A DNA stretch of 64,000 bases from Eledone cirrhosa (lineage: Eukaryota): contig OZ024744.1 of assembly GCA_964016885.1 (NCBI GenBank), forward strand, positions 2,790,001 through 2,854,000, read 5' to 3'. Below the pieces are notes generated by a model, which searched no databases, was not told the DNA's origin, and saw nothing but the letters and a program-made list of their open reading frames with translations. Numbering within the stretch: the stretch's first letter is position 1; each line of letters begins with the position of its first letter. A program made the translations under genes and the position numbers. This document shows, piece after piece, positions 27,801 to 39,773 of this stretch.

Positions 27801-30800
27801 GGTAGAGAAAGATAGCTTGGTGAAGAACGAAGTTTTGGGGGAAGACAAGGTAGAGAAAGATAGCTTGGTGAAGAACGAAGTTTTGGGGGAAGACAAGGTA
27901 GAGAAAGATAGCTTGGTGAAGAACGAAGTTTTGGGGGAAGACAAGGTAGAGAAAGATAGCTTGGTGAAGAACGAAGTTTTGGGGAAGACAATGTAGAGAA
28001 AGATAGCTTGGTGAAGAACGAAGATTTGGGGGAAGACAAGGTAGAGAAAGATAGCTTGGTGAAGAACGAAGTTTTGGGAGAAGACAAGGTAGAGAAAGAT
28101 AGCTTGGTGAAGAACGAAGTTTTGAGGGAAGACAAGGTAGAGAAAGATAGCTTGGTGAAGAACGACGTTTTGAGGGAAGACAAGGTAGAGAAAGATAGCT
28201 TGGTGAATAACGAAGTTTTGGGAGAAGACAAGGTAGAGAAAGATAGCTTGGTGAAGAACGACGTTTTGGTGGAAGACAAGGTAGAGAAAGATAGCTTGGT
28301 GAAGAACGATGTTTTGGGGAAGAAAATGTAGAGAAAGATAGCTTGGTGAAGAACGAAGTTTTGGGGGAAGACAAGGTAGAGAAAGATAGCTTGGTGAAGA
28401 ACGACGTTTTGAGGGAAGACAAGGTAGAGAAAGATAGCTTGGTGAAGAACGACGTTTTGGTGGAAGACAAGGTAGAGAAAGATAGCTTGGTGAAGAACGA
28501 TGTTTTGGGGAAGACAATGTAGAGAAAGATAGCTTGGTGAAGAACGAAATTTTGGGGGAAGACAAGGTAGAGAAAGATAGCTTGGTGAAGAACGAAGTTT
28601 TGAGGGAAGACAAGGTAGAGAAAGATAGCTTGGTGAATAACGAAGTTTTGGGAGAAGACAAGGTAGAGAAAGATAGCTTGGTGAAGAACGACGTTTTGAG
28701 GGAAGACAAGGTAGAGAAAGATAGCTTGGTGAAGAACGAAGTTTTGGGGGAAGACAAGGTAGAGAAAGATAGCTTGGTGAAGAACGAAGTTTTGGGGGAA
28801 GACAAGGTAGAGAAAGATAGCTTGGTGAAGAACGAAGTTTTGGGGGAAGACAAGGTAGAGAAAGATAGCTTGGTGAAGAACGAAGTTTTGGGGAAGACAA
28901 TGTTGAGAAAGATAGCTTGGTGAAGAACGAAGATTTGGGGGAAGACAAGGTAGAGAAAGATAGCTTGGTGAAGAACGAAGTTTTGGGAGAAGACAAGGTA
29001 GAGAAAGATAGCTTGGTGAAGAACGAAGTTTTGAGGGAAGACAAGGTAGAGAAAGATAGCTTGGTGAAGAACGACGTTTTGAGGGAAGACAAGGTAGAGA
29101 AAGATAGCTTGGTGAATAACGAAGTTTTGGGAGAAGACAAGGTAGAGAAAGATAGCTTGGTGAAGAACGAAGTTTTGGGGGAAGACAAGGTAGAGAAAGA
29201 TAGCTTGGTGAATAACGAAATTTTGGGAGAAGACAAGGTCGAGAAAGATAGCTTGGTGAAGAACGAAATTTTGAGGGAAGACAAGGTAGAGAAAGATAGC
29301 TTGGTGAAGAACGACGTTTTGGTGGAAGACAAGGTAGAGAAAGATAGCTTGGTGAAGAACGATGTTTTGGGGAAGAAAATGTAGAGAAAGATAGCTTGGT
29401 GAAGAACGAAGTTTTTGGGGAAGACAAGGTAGAGAAAGATAGCTTGGTGAAGAACGAAGTTTTGAGGGAAGACAAGGTAGAGAAAGATAGCTTGGTGAAT
29501 AACGAAGTTTTGGGGGAAGACAAGGTAGAGAAAGATAGTTGGTGAAGAACGAAGTTTTGAGGGAAGACAAGGTAGAGAAAGATAGCTTGGTGAAGAACGA
29601 CGTTTTGAGGGAAGACAAGGTAGAGAAAGATAGCTTGGTGAAGAACGACGTTTTGTGGGAAGACAAGGTAGAGAAAGATAGCTTGGTGAAGAACGAAGTT
29701 TTGGGGGAAGACAAGGTAGAGAAAGATAGCTTGGTGAAGAACGAAGTTTTGGGGAAGACAATGTAGAGAAAGATAGCTTGGTGAAGAACGAAGTTTTGGG
29801 GGAAGACAAGGTAGAGAAAGATAGCTTGGTGAAGAACGAAGTTTTGAGGGAAGACAAGGTAGAGAAAGATAGCTTGGTGAATAACGAAGTTTTGGGAGAA
29901 GACAAGGTAGAGACAGATAGCTTGGTGAAGAACGACGTTTTGAGGGAAGACAAGGTAGAGAAAGATAGCTTGGTGAAGAACGAAGTTTTGGGGGAAGACA
30001 AGGTAGAGAAAGATAGCTTGGTGAAGAACGAAGTTTTGGGGGAAGACAAGGTAGAGAAAGATAGCTTGGTGAAGAACGAAGTTTTGGGGGAAGACAAGGT
30101 AGAGAAAGATAGCTTGGTGAAGAACGAAGTTTTGGGGAATACAATGTAGAGAAAGATAGCTTGGTGAAGAACGAAGTTTTGGGGGAAGACAAGGTAGAGA
30201 AAGATAGCTTGGTGAATAACGAAGTTTTGGGAGAAGACAAGGTCGAGAAAGATAGCTTGGTGAAGAACAAAATTTTGAGGGAAGACAAGGTAGAGAAAGA
30301 TAGCTTGGTGAAGAACGACGTTTTGGTGGAAGACAAGGTAGAGAAAGATAGCTTGGTGAAGAACGATGTTTTGCGGAAGACAATGTAGAGAAAGATAGCT
30401 TGGTGAAGAACGAAGTTTTGGGGGAAGACAAGGTAGAGAAAGATAGCTTGGTGAAGAACGAAGTTTTGAGGGAAGACAAGGTAGAGAAAGATAGCTTGGT
30501 GAATAACGAAGTTTTGGGAGAAGACAAGGTAGAGAAAGATAGTTGGTGAAGAACGAAGTTTTGAGGGAAGACAAGGTAGAGAAAGATAGCTTGGTGAAGA
30601 ACGACATTTTGAGGGAAGACAAAGTAGAGAAAGATAGCTTGGTGAAGAACGACGTTTTGTGGGAAGACAAGGTAGAGAAAGATAGCTTGGTGAAGAACGA
30701 AGTTTTGGGGGAAGACAAGGTAGAGAAAGATAGCTTGGTGAAGAACGAAGTTTTGGGGAAGACAATGTAGAGAAAGATAGCTTGGTGAAGAACGAAGTTT

Positions 30801-31510
30801 TGGGGGAAGACAAGGTAGAGAAAGATAGCTTGGTGAAGAACGAAGTTTTGAGGGAAGACAAGGTAGAGAAAGATAGCTTGGTGAATAACGAAGTTTTGGG
30901 AGAAGACAAGGTAGAGAAAGATAGCTTGGTGAAGAACGACGTTTTGAGGGAAGACAACGTAGAGAAAGATAGCTTGGTGAAGAACGAAGTTTTGGGGGAA
31001 GACAAGGTAGAGAAAGATAGATTGGTGAAGAACGAAGTTTTGGGGGAAGACAAGGTAGAGAAAGATAGCTTGGTGAAGAACGAAGTTTTGGGGGAAGACA
31101 ATGTAGAGAAAGATAGCTTGGTGAAGAACGAAGTTTTGGGGAATACAATGTAGAGAAAGATAGCTTGGTGAAGAACGAAGTTTTGGGGGAAGACAAGGTA
31201 GAGAAAGATAGCTTGGTGAATAACGAAGTTTTGGGAGAAGACAAGGTCGAGAAAGATAGCTTGGTGAAGAACGAAATTTTGAGGGAAGACAAGGTAGAGA
31301 AAGATAGCTTGGTGAAGAACGACGTTTTGGTGGAAGACAAGGTAGAGAAAGATAGCTTGGTGAAGAACGATGTTTTGGGGAAGACAATGTAGAGAAAGAT
31401 AGCTTGGTGAAGAACGAAGTTTTGGGGGAAGACAAGGTAGAGAAAGATAGCTTGGTGAAGAACGAAGTTTTGAGGGAAGACAAGGTAGAGAAAGATAGCT
31501 TGGTGAATAA
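21840..31510 (+). repeat. Block duplication, offset 5068 bp
   Basis: Module starts 22127/27195, 22557/27625, 22940/28008, 23849/28917, 24471/29539, 25093/30161 and 25714/30782 are all 5068 apart. Shared rare variants: GAAGGATAG, AATGTTGAG, GAGACAGAT, TTGCGGAAG, CAACGTAG. Confidence 0.9.
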
Positions 31511-34500
31511 CGAAGTTTTGGGAGAAGACAAGGTAGAGAAAGATAGTTGGTGAAGAACGAAGTTTTGAGGGAAGACAAGGTAGAGAAAGATAGCTTGGTG
31601 AAGAACGACATTTTGAGGGAAGACAAAGTAGAGAAAGATAGCTTGGTGAAGAACGACGTTTTGTGGGAAGACAAGGTAGAGAAAGATAGCTTGGTGAAGA
31701 ACGAAGTTTTGGGGGAAGACAAGGTAGAGAAAGATAGCTTGGTGAAGAACGAAGTTTTGGGGAAGACAATGTAGAGAAAGATAGCTTGGTGAAGAACGAA
31801 GTTTTGGGGGAGGACAAGGTAGAGAAAGATAGCTTGGTGAAGAACGAAGTTTTGAGGGAAGACAAGGTAGAGAAAGATAGCTTGGTGAATAACGAAGTTT
31901 TGGGAGAAGACAAGGTAGAGAAAGATAGCTTGGTGAAGAACGACGTTTTGAGGGAAGACAAGGTAGAGAAAGATAGCTTGGTGAAGAACGAAGTTTTGGG
32001 GGAAGACAAGGTAGAGAAAGATAGCTTGGTGAAGAACGAAGTTTTGGGGGAAGACAAGGTAGAGAAAGATAGCTTGGTGAAGAACGAAGTTTTGAGGGAA
32101 GACAAGGTAGAGAAAGATAGCTTGGTGAATAACGAAGTTTTGGGAGAAGACAAGGTAGAGAAAGATAGTTGGTGAAGAACGAAGTTTTGAGGGAAGACAA
32201 GGTAGAGAAAGATAGCTTGGTGAAGAACGACGTTTTGAGGGAAGACAAGGTAGAGAAAGATAGCTTGGTGAAGAACGACGTTTTGTGGGAAGACAAGGTA
32301 GAGAAAGATAGCTTGGTGAAGAACGAAGTTTTGGGGGAAGACAAGGTAGAGAAAGATAGCTTGGTGAAGAACGAAGTTTTGGGGAAGACAATGTAGAGAA
32401 AGATAGCTTGGTGAAGAACGAAGTTTTGGGGGAAGACAAGGTAGAGAAAGATAGCTTGGTGAAGAACGACGTTTTGAGGGAAGACAAGGTAGAGAAAGAT
32501 AGCTTGGTGAAGAACGACGTTTTGTGGGAAGACAAGGTAGAGAAAGATAGCTTGGTGAAGAACGAAGTTTTGGGGGAAGACAAGGTAGAGAAAGATAGCT
32601 TGGTGAAGAACGAAGTTTTGGGGGAAGACAAGGTAGAGAAAGATAGCTTGGTGAAGAACGAAGTTTTGTGGGAAGACAAGGTAGAGAAAGATAGCTTGGT
32701 GAAGAACGAAGTTTTGGGGAAGACAATGTAGAGAAGGATAGCTTGGTGAAGAACGATGTTTTGGGGGAAGACAAGGTAGAGAAAGATAGCTTGGTGAATA
32801 ACGAAATTTTGGGAGAAGACAAGGTCGAGAAAGATAGCTTGGTGAAGAACGAAATGTTGAGGGAAGACAAGGTAGAGAAAGATAGCTTGGTGAAGAACGA
32901 CGTTTTGGTGGAAGACAAGGTAGAGAAAGATAGCTTGGTGAAGAACGATGTTTTGGGGAAGAAAATGTAGAGAAAGATAGCTTGGTGAAGAACGAAGTTT
33001 TGGGGGAAGACAAGGTAGAGAAAGATAGCTTGGTGAAGAACGACGTTTTGAGGGAAGACAAGGTAGAGAAAGATAGCTTGGTGAAGAACGACGTTTTGGT
33101 GGAAGACAAGGTAGAGAAAGATAGCTTGGTGAAGAACGATGTTTTGGGGAAGACAATGTAGAGAAAGATAGCTTGGTGAAGAACGAAATTTTGGGGGAAG
33201 ACAAGGTAGAGAAAGATAGCTTGGTGAAGAACGAAGTTTTGAGGGAAGACAAGGTAGAGAAAGATAGCTTGGTGAATAACGAAGTTTTGGGAGAAGACAA
33301 GGTAGAGAAAGATAGCTTGGTGAAGAACGACGTTTTGAGGGAAGACAAGGTAGAGAAAGATAGCTTGGTGAAGAACGAAGTTTTGGGGGAAGACAAGGTA
33401 GAGAAAGATAGCTTGGTGAAGAACGAAGTTTTGGGGGAAGACAAGGTAGAGAAAGATAGCTTGGTGAAGAACGAAGTTTTGGGGGAAGACAAGGTAGAGA
33501 AAGATAGCTTGGTGAAGAACGAAGTTTTGGGGAAGACAATGTTGAGAAAGATAGCTTGGTGAAGAACGAAGATTTGGGGGAAGACAAGGTAGAGAAAGAT
33601 AGCTTGGTGAAGAACGAAGTTTTGGGAGAAGACAAGGTAGAGAAAGATAGCTTGGTGAAGAACGAAGTTTTGAGGGAAGACAAGGTAGAGAAAGATAGCT
33701 TGGTGAAGAACGACGTTTTGAGGGAAGACAAGGTAGAGAAAGATAGCTTGGTGAATAACGAAGTTTTGGGAGAAGACAAGGTAGAGAAAGATAGCTTGGT
33801 GAAGAACGAAGTTTTGGGGGAAGACAAGGTAGAGAAAGATAGCTTGGTGAATAACGAAATTTTGGGAGAAGACAAGGTCGAGAAAGATAGCTTGGTGAAG
33901 AACGAAATTTTGAGGGAAGACAAGGTAGAGAAAGATAGCTTGGTGAAGAACGACGTTTTGGTGGAAGACAAGGTAGAGAAAGATAGCTTGGTGAAGAACG
34001 ATGTTTTGGGGAAGACAATGTAGAGAAAGATAGCTTGGTGAAGAACGAAGTTTTTGGGGAAGACAAGGTAGAGAAAGATAGCTTGGTGAAGAACGAAGTT
34101 TTGAGGGAAGACAAGGTAGAGAAAGATAGCTTGGTGAATAACGAAGTTTTGGGGGAAGACAAGGTAGAGAAAGATAGTTGGTGAAGAACGAAGTTTTGAG
34201 GGAAGACAAGGTAGAGAAAGATAGCTTGGTGAAGAACGACGTTTTGAGGGAAGACAAGGTAGAGAAAGATAGCTTGGTGAAGAACGACGTTTTGTGGGAA
34301 GACAAGGTAGAGAAAGATAGCTTGGTGAAGAACGAAGTTTTGGGGGAAGACAAGGTAGAGAAAGATAGCTTGGTGAAGAACGAAGTTTTGGGGAAGACAA
34401 TGTAGAGAAAGATAGCTTGGTGAAGAACGAAGTTTTGGGGGAAGACAAGGTAGAGAAAGATAGCTTGGTGAAGAACGAAGTTTTGAGGGAAGACAAGGTA

Positions 34501-37500
34501 GAGAAAGATAGCTTGGTGAATAACGAAGTTTTGGGAGAAGACAAGGTAGAGACAGATAGCTTGGTGAAGAACGACGTTTTGAGGGAAGACAAGGTAGAGA
34601 AAGATAGCTTGGTGAAGAACGAAGTTTTGGGGGAAGACAAGGTAGAGAAAGATAGCTTGGTGAAGAACGAAGTTTTGGGGGAAGACAAGGTAGAGAAAGA
34701 TAGCTTGGTGAAGAACGAAGTTTTGGGGGAAGACAAGGTAGAGAAAGATAGCTTGGTGAAGAACGAAGTTTTGGGGAATACAATGTAGAGAAAGATAGCT
34801 TGGTGAAGAACGAAGTTTTGGGGGAAGACAAGGTAGAGAAAGATAGCTTGGTGAATAACGAAGTTTTGGGAGAAGACAAGGTCGAGAAAGATAGCTTGGT
34901 GAAGAACAAAATTTTGAGGGAAGACAAGGTAGAGAAAGATAGCTTGGTGAAGAACGACGTTTTGGTGGAAGACAAGGTAGAGAAAGATAGCTTGGTGAAG
35001 AACGATGTTTTGCGGAAGACAATGTAGAGAAAGATAGCTTGGTGAAGAACGAAGTTTTGGGGGAAGACAAGGTAGAGAAAGATAGCTTGGTGAAGAACGA
35101 AGTTTTGAGGGAAGACAAGGTAGAGAAAGATAGCTTGGTGAATAACGAAGTTTTGGGAGAAGACAAGGTAGAGAAAGATAGTTGGTGAAGAACGAAGTTT
35201 TGAGGGAAGACAAGGTAGAGAAAGATAGCTTGGTGAAGAACGACATTTTGAGGGAAGACAAAGTAGAGAAAGATAGCTTGGTGAAGAACGACGTTTTGTG
35301 GGAAGACAAGGTAGAGAAAGATAGCTTGGTGAAGAACGAAGTTTTGGGGGAAGACAAGGTAGAGAAAGATAGCTTGGTGAAGAACGAAGTTTTGGGGAAG
35401 ACAATGTAGAGAAAGATAGCTTGGTGAAGAACGAAGTTTTGGGGGAAGACAAGGTAGAGAAAGATAGCTTGGTGAAGAACGAAGTTTTGAGGGAAGACAA
35501 GGTAGAGAAAGATAGCTTGGTGAATAACGAAGTTTTGGGAGAAGACAAGGTAGAGAAAGATAGCTTGGTGAAGAACGACGTTTTGAGGGAAGACAACGTA
35601 GAGAAAGATAGCTTGGTGAAGAACGAAGTTTTGGGGGAAGACAAGGTAGAGAAAGATAGATTGGTGAAGAACGAAGTTTTGGGGGAAGACAAGGTAGAGA
35701 AAGATAGCTTGGTGAAGAACGAAGTTTTGGGGGAAGACAATGTAGAGAAAGATAGCTTGGTGAAGAACGAAGTTTTGGGGAATACAATGTAGAGAAAGAT
35801 AGCTTGGTGAAGAACGAAGTTTTGGGGGAAGACAAGGTAGAGAAAGATAGCTTGGTGAATAACGAAGTTTTGGGAGAAGACAAGGTCGAGAAAGATAGCT
35901 TGGTGAAGAACGAAATTTTGAGGGAAGACAAGGTAGAGAAAGATAGCTTGGTGAAGAACGACGTTTTGGTGGAAGACAAGGTAGAGAAAGATAGCTTGGT
36001 GAAGAACGATGTTTTGGGGAAGACAATGTAGAGAAAGATAGCTTGGTGAAGAACGAAGTTTTGGGGGAAGACAAGGTAGAGAAAGATAGCTTGGTGAAGA
36101 ACGAAGTTTTGAGGGAAGACAAGGTAGAGAAAGATAGCTTGGTGAATAACGAAGTTTTGGGAGAAGACAAGGTAGAGAAAGATAGTTGGTGAAGAACGAA
36201 GTTTTGAGGGAAGACAAGGTAGAGAAAGATAGCTTGGTGAAGAACGACATTTTGAGGGAAGACAAAGTAGAGAAAGATAGCTTGGTGAAGAACGACGTTT
36301 TGTGGGAAGACAAGGTAGAGAAAGATAGCTTGGTGAAGAACGAAGTTTTGGGGGAAGACAAGGTAGAGAAAGATAGCTTGGTGAAGAACGAAGTTTTGGG
36401 GAAGACAATGTAGAGAAAGATAGCTTGGTGAAGAACGAAGTTTTGGGGGAGGACAAGGTAGAGAAAGATAGCTTGGTGAAGAACGAAGTTTTGAGGGAAG
36501 ACAAGGTAGAGAAAGATAGCTTGGTGAATAACGAAGTTTTGGGAGAAGACAAGGTAGAGAAAGATAGCTTGGTGAAGAACGACGTTTTGAGGGAAGACAA
36601 GGTAGAGAAAGATAGCTTGGTGAAGAACGAAGTTTTGGGGGAAGACAAGGTAGAGAAAGATAGCTTGGTGAAGAACGAAGTTTTGGGGGAAGACAAGGTA
36701 GAGAAAGATAGCTTGGTGAAGAACGAAGTTTTGAGGGAAGACAAGGTAGAGAAAGATAGCTTGGTGAATAACGAAGTTTTGGGAGAAGACAAGGTAGAGA
36801 AAGATAGTTGGTGAAGAACGAAGTTTTGAGGGAAGACAAGGTAGAGAAAGATAGCTTGGTGAAGAACGACGTTTTGAGGGAAGACAAGGTAGAGAAAGAT
36901 AGCTTGGTGAAGAACGACGTTTTGTGGGAAGACAAGGTAGAGAAAGATAGCTTGGTGAAGAACGAAGTTTTGGGGGAAGACAAGGTAGAGAAAGATAGCT
37001 TGGTGAAGAACGAAGTTTTGGGGAAGACAATGTAGAGAAAGATAGCTTGGTGAAGAACGAAGTTTTGGGGGAAGACAAGGTAGAGAAAGATAGCTTGGTG
37101 AAGAACGACGTTTTGAGGGAAGACAAGGTAGAGAAAGATAGCTTGGTGAAGAACGACGTTTTGTGGGAAGACAAGGTAGAGAAAGATAGCTTGGTGAAGA
37201 ACGAAGTTTTGGGGGAAGACAAGGTAGAGAAAGATAGCTTGGTGAAGAACGAAGTTTTGGGGGAAGACAAGGTAGAGAAAGATAGCTTGGTGAAGAACGA
37301 AGTTTTGTGGGAAGACAAGGTAGAGAAAGATAGCTTGGTGAAGAACGAAGTTTTGGGGAAGACAATGTAGAGAAGGATAGCTTGGTGAAGAACGATGTTT
37401 TGGGGGAAGACAAGGTAGAGAAAGATAGCTTGGTGAATAACGAAATTTTGGGAGAAGACAAGGTCGAGAAAGATAGCTTGGTGAAGAACGAAATGTTGAG

Positions 37501-37590
37501 GGAAGACAAGGTAGAGAAAGATAGCTTGGTGAAGAACGACGTTTTGGTGGAAGACAAGGTAGAGAAAGATAGCTTGGTGAAGAACGATGT
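28245..37590 (+). repeat. Near-identical tandem block duplication, 2 x 4639 bp
   Basis: Module starts 28534/33173, 28917/33556, 29539/34178, 30782/35421, 31786/36425, 32169/36808 and 32743/37382 are all 4639 apart. Private GTTTTTGGGG variant at 29411 and 34050. Boundaries are approximate. Confidence 0.92.
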
Positions 37591-39773
37591 TTTGGGGAAG
37601 ACAATGTAGAGAAAGATAGCTTGGTGAAGAACGAAGTTTTGGGGGAAGACAAGGTAGAGAAAGATAGCTTGGTGAAGAACGACGTTTTGAGGGAAGACAA
37701 GGTAGAGAAAGATAGCTTGGTGAAGAACGACGTTTTGGTGGAAGACAAGGTAGAGAAAGATAGCTTGGTGAAGAACGATGTTTTGGGGAAGACAATGTAG
37801 AGAAAGATAGCTTGGTGAAGAACGAAGTTTTGGGGGAAGACAATGTAGAGAAAGATAGCTTGGTGAAGAACGAAGTTTTGAGGGAAGACAAGGTAGAGAA
37901 AGATAGCTTGGTGAATAACGAAGTTTTGGGAGAAGACAAGGTAGAGAAAGATAGCTTGGTGAAGAACGACGTTTTGAGGGAAGACAAGGTAGAGAAAGAT
38001 AGCTTGGTGAAGAACGAAGTTTTGGGGGAAGACAAGGTAGAGAAAGATAGCTTGGTGAAGAACGAAGTTTTGGGGGAAGACAAGGTAGAGAAAGATAGCT
38101 TGGTGAAGAACGAAGTTTTGGGGGAAGACAAGGTAGAGAAAGATAGCTTGGTGAAGAACGAAGTTTTGGGGAAGACAATGTAGAGAAAGATAGCTTGGTG
38201 AAGAACGAAGATTTGGGGGAAGACAAGGTAGAGAAAGATAGCTTGGTGAAGAACGAAGTTTTGGGAGAAGACAAGGTAGAGAAAGATAGCTTGGTGAAGA
38301 ACGAAGTTTTGAGGGAAGACAAGGTAGAGAAAGATAGCTTGGTGAAGAACGACGTTTTGAGGGAAGACAAGGTAGAGAAAGATAGCTTGGTGAATAACGA
38401 AGTTTTGGGAGAAGACAAGGTAGAGAAAGATAGCTTGGTGAAGAACGACGTTTTGGTGGAAGACAAGGTAGAGAAAGATAGCTTGGTGAAGAACGATGTT
38501 TTGGGGAAGAAAATGTAGAGAAAGATAGCTTGGTGAAGAACGAAGTTTTGGGGGAAGACAAGGTAGAGAAAGATAGCTTGGTGAAGAACGACGTTTTGAG
38601 GGAAGACAAGGTAGAGAAAGATAGCTTGGTGAAGAACGACGTTTTGGTGGAAGACAAGGTAGAGAAAGATAGCTTGGTGAAGAACGATGTTTTGGGGAAG
38701 ACAATGTAGAGAAAGATAGCTTGGTGAAGAACGAAGTTTTGGGGGAAGACAAGGTAGAGAAAGATAGCTTGGTGAAGAACGAAGTTTTGAGGGAAGACAA
38801 GGTAGAGAAAGATAGCTTGGTGAATAACGAAGTTTTGGGAGAAGACAAGGTAGAGAAAGATAGCTTGGTGAAGAACGACGTTTTGAGGGAAGACAAGGTA
38901 GAGAAAGATAGCTTGGTGAAGAACGAAGTTTTGGGGGAAGACAAGGTAGAGAAAGATAGCTTGGTGAAGAACGAAGTTTTGGGGGAAGACAAGGTAGAGA
39001 AAGATAGCTTGGTGAAGAAGGAAGTTTTGGGGGAAGACAAGGTAGAGAAAGATAGCTTGGTGAAGAACGAAGTTTTGGGGAAGACAATGTAGAGAAAGAT
39101 AGCTTGGTGAAGAACGAAGATTTGGGGGAAGACAAGGTAGAGAAAGATAGCTTGGTGAAGAACGAAGTTTTGGGAGAAGACAAGGTAGAGAAAGATAGCT
39201 TGGTGAAGAACGAAGTTTTGAGGGAAGACAAGGTAGAGAAAGATAGCTTGGTGAAGAACGACGTTTTGAGGGAAGACAAGGTAGAGAAAGATAGCTTGGT
39301 GAATAACGAAGTTTTGGGAGAAGACAAGGTAGAGAAAGATAGCTTGGTGAAGAACGAAGTTTTGGGGGAAGACAAGGTAGAGAAAGATAGCTTGGTAAAG
39401 AACGAAGTTTTGGGGGAGGACAAGGTAGAGAAAGATAGCTTGGTGAATAACGAAATTTTGGGAGAAGACAAGGTCGAGAAAGATAGCTTGGTGAAGAACG
39501 AAATTTTGAGGGAAGACAAGGTAGAGAAAGATAGCTTGGTGAAGAACGACGTTTTGGTGGAAGACAAGGTAGAGAAAGATAGCTTGGTGAAGAACGATGT
39601 TTTGGGGAAGACAATGTAGAGAAAGATAGCTTGGTGAAGAACGAAGTTTTGGGGGAAGACAAGGTAGAGAAAGATAGCTTGGTGAAGAACGAAGTTTTGA
39701 GGGAAGACAAGGTAGAGAAAGATAGCTTGGTGAATAACGAAGTTTTGGGGGAAGACAAGGTAGAGAAAGATAG

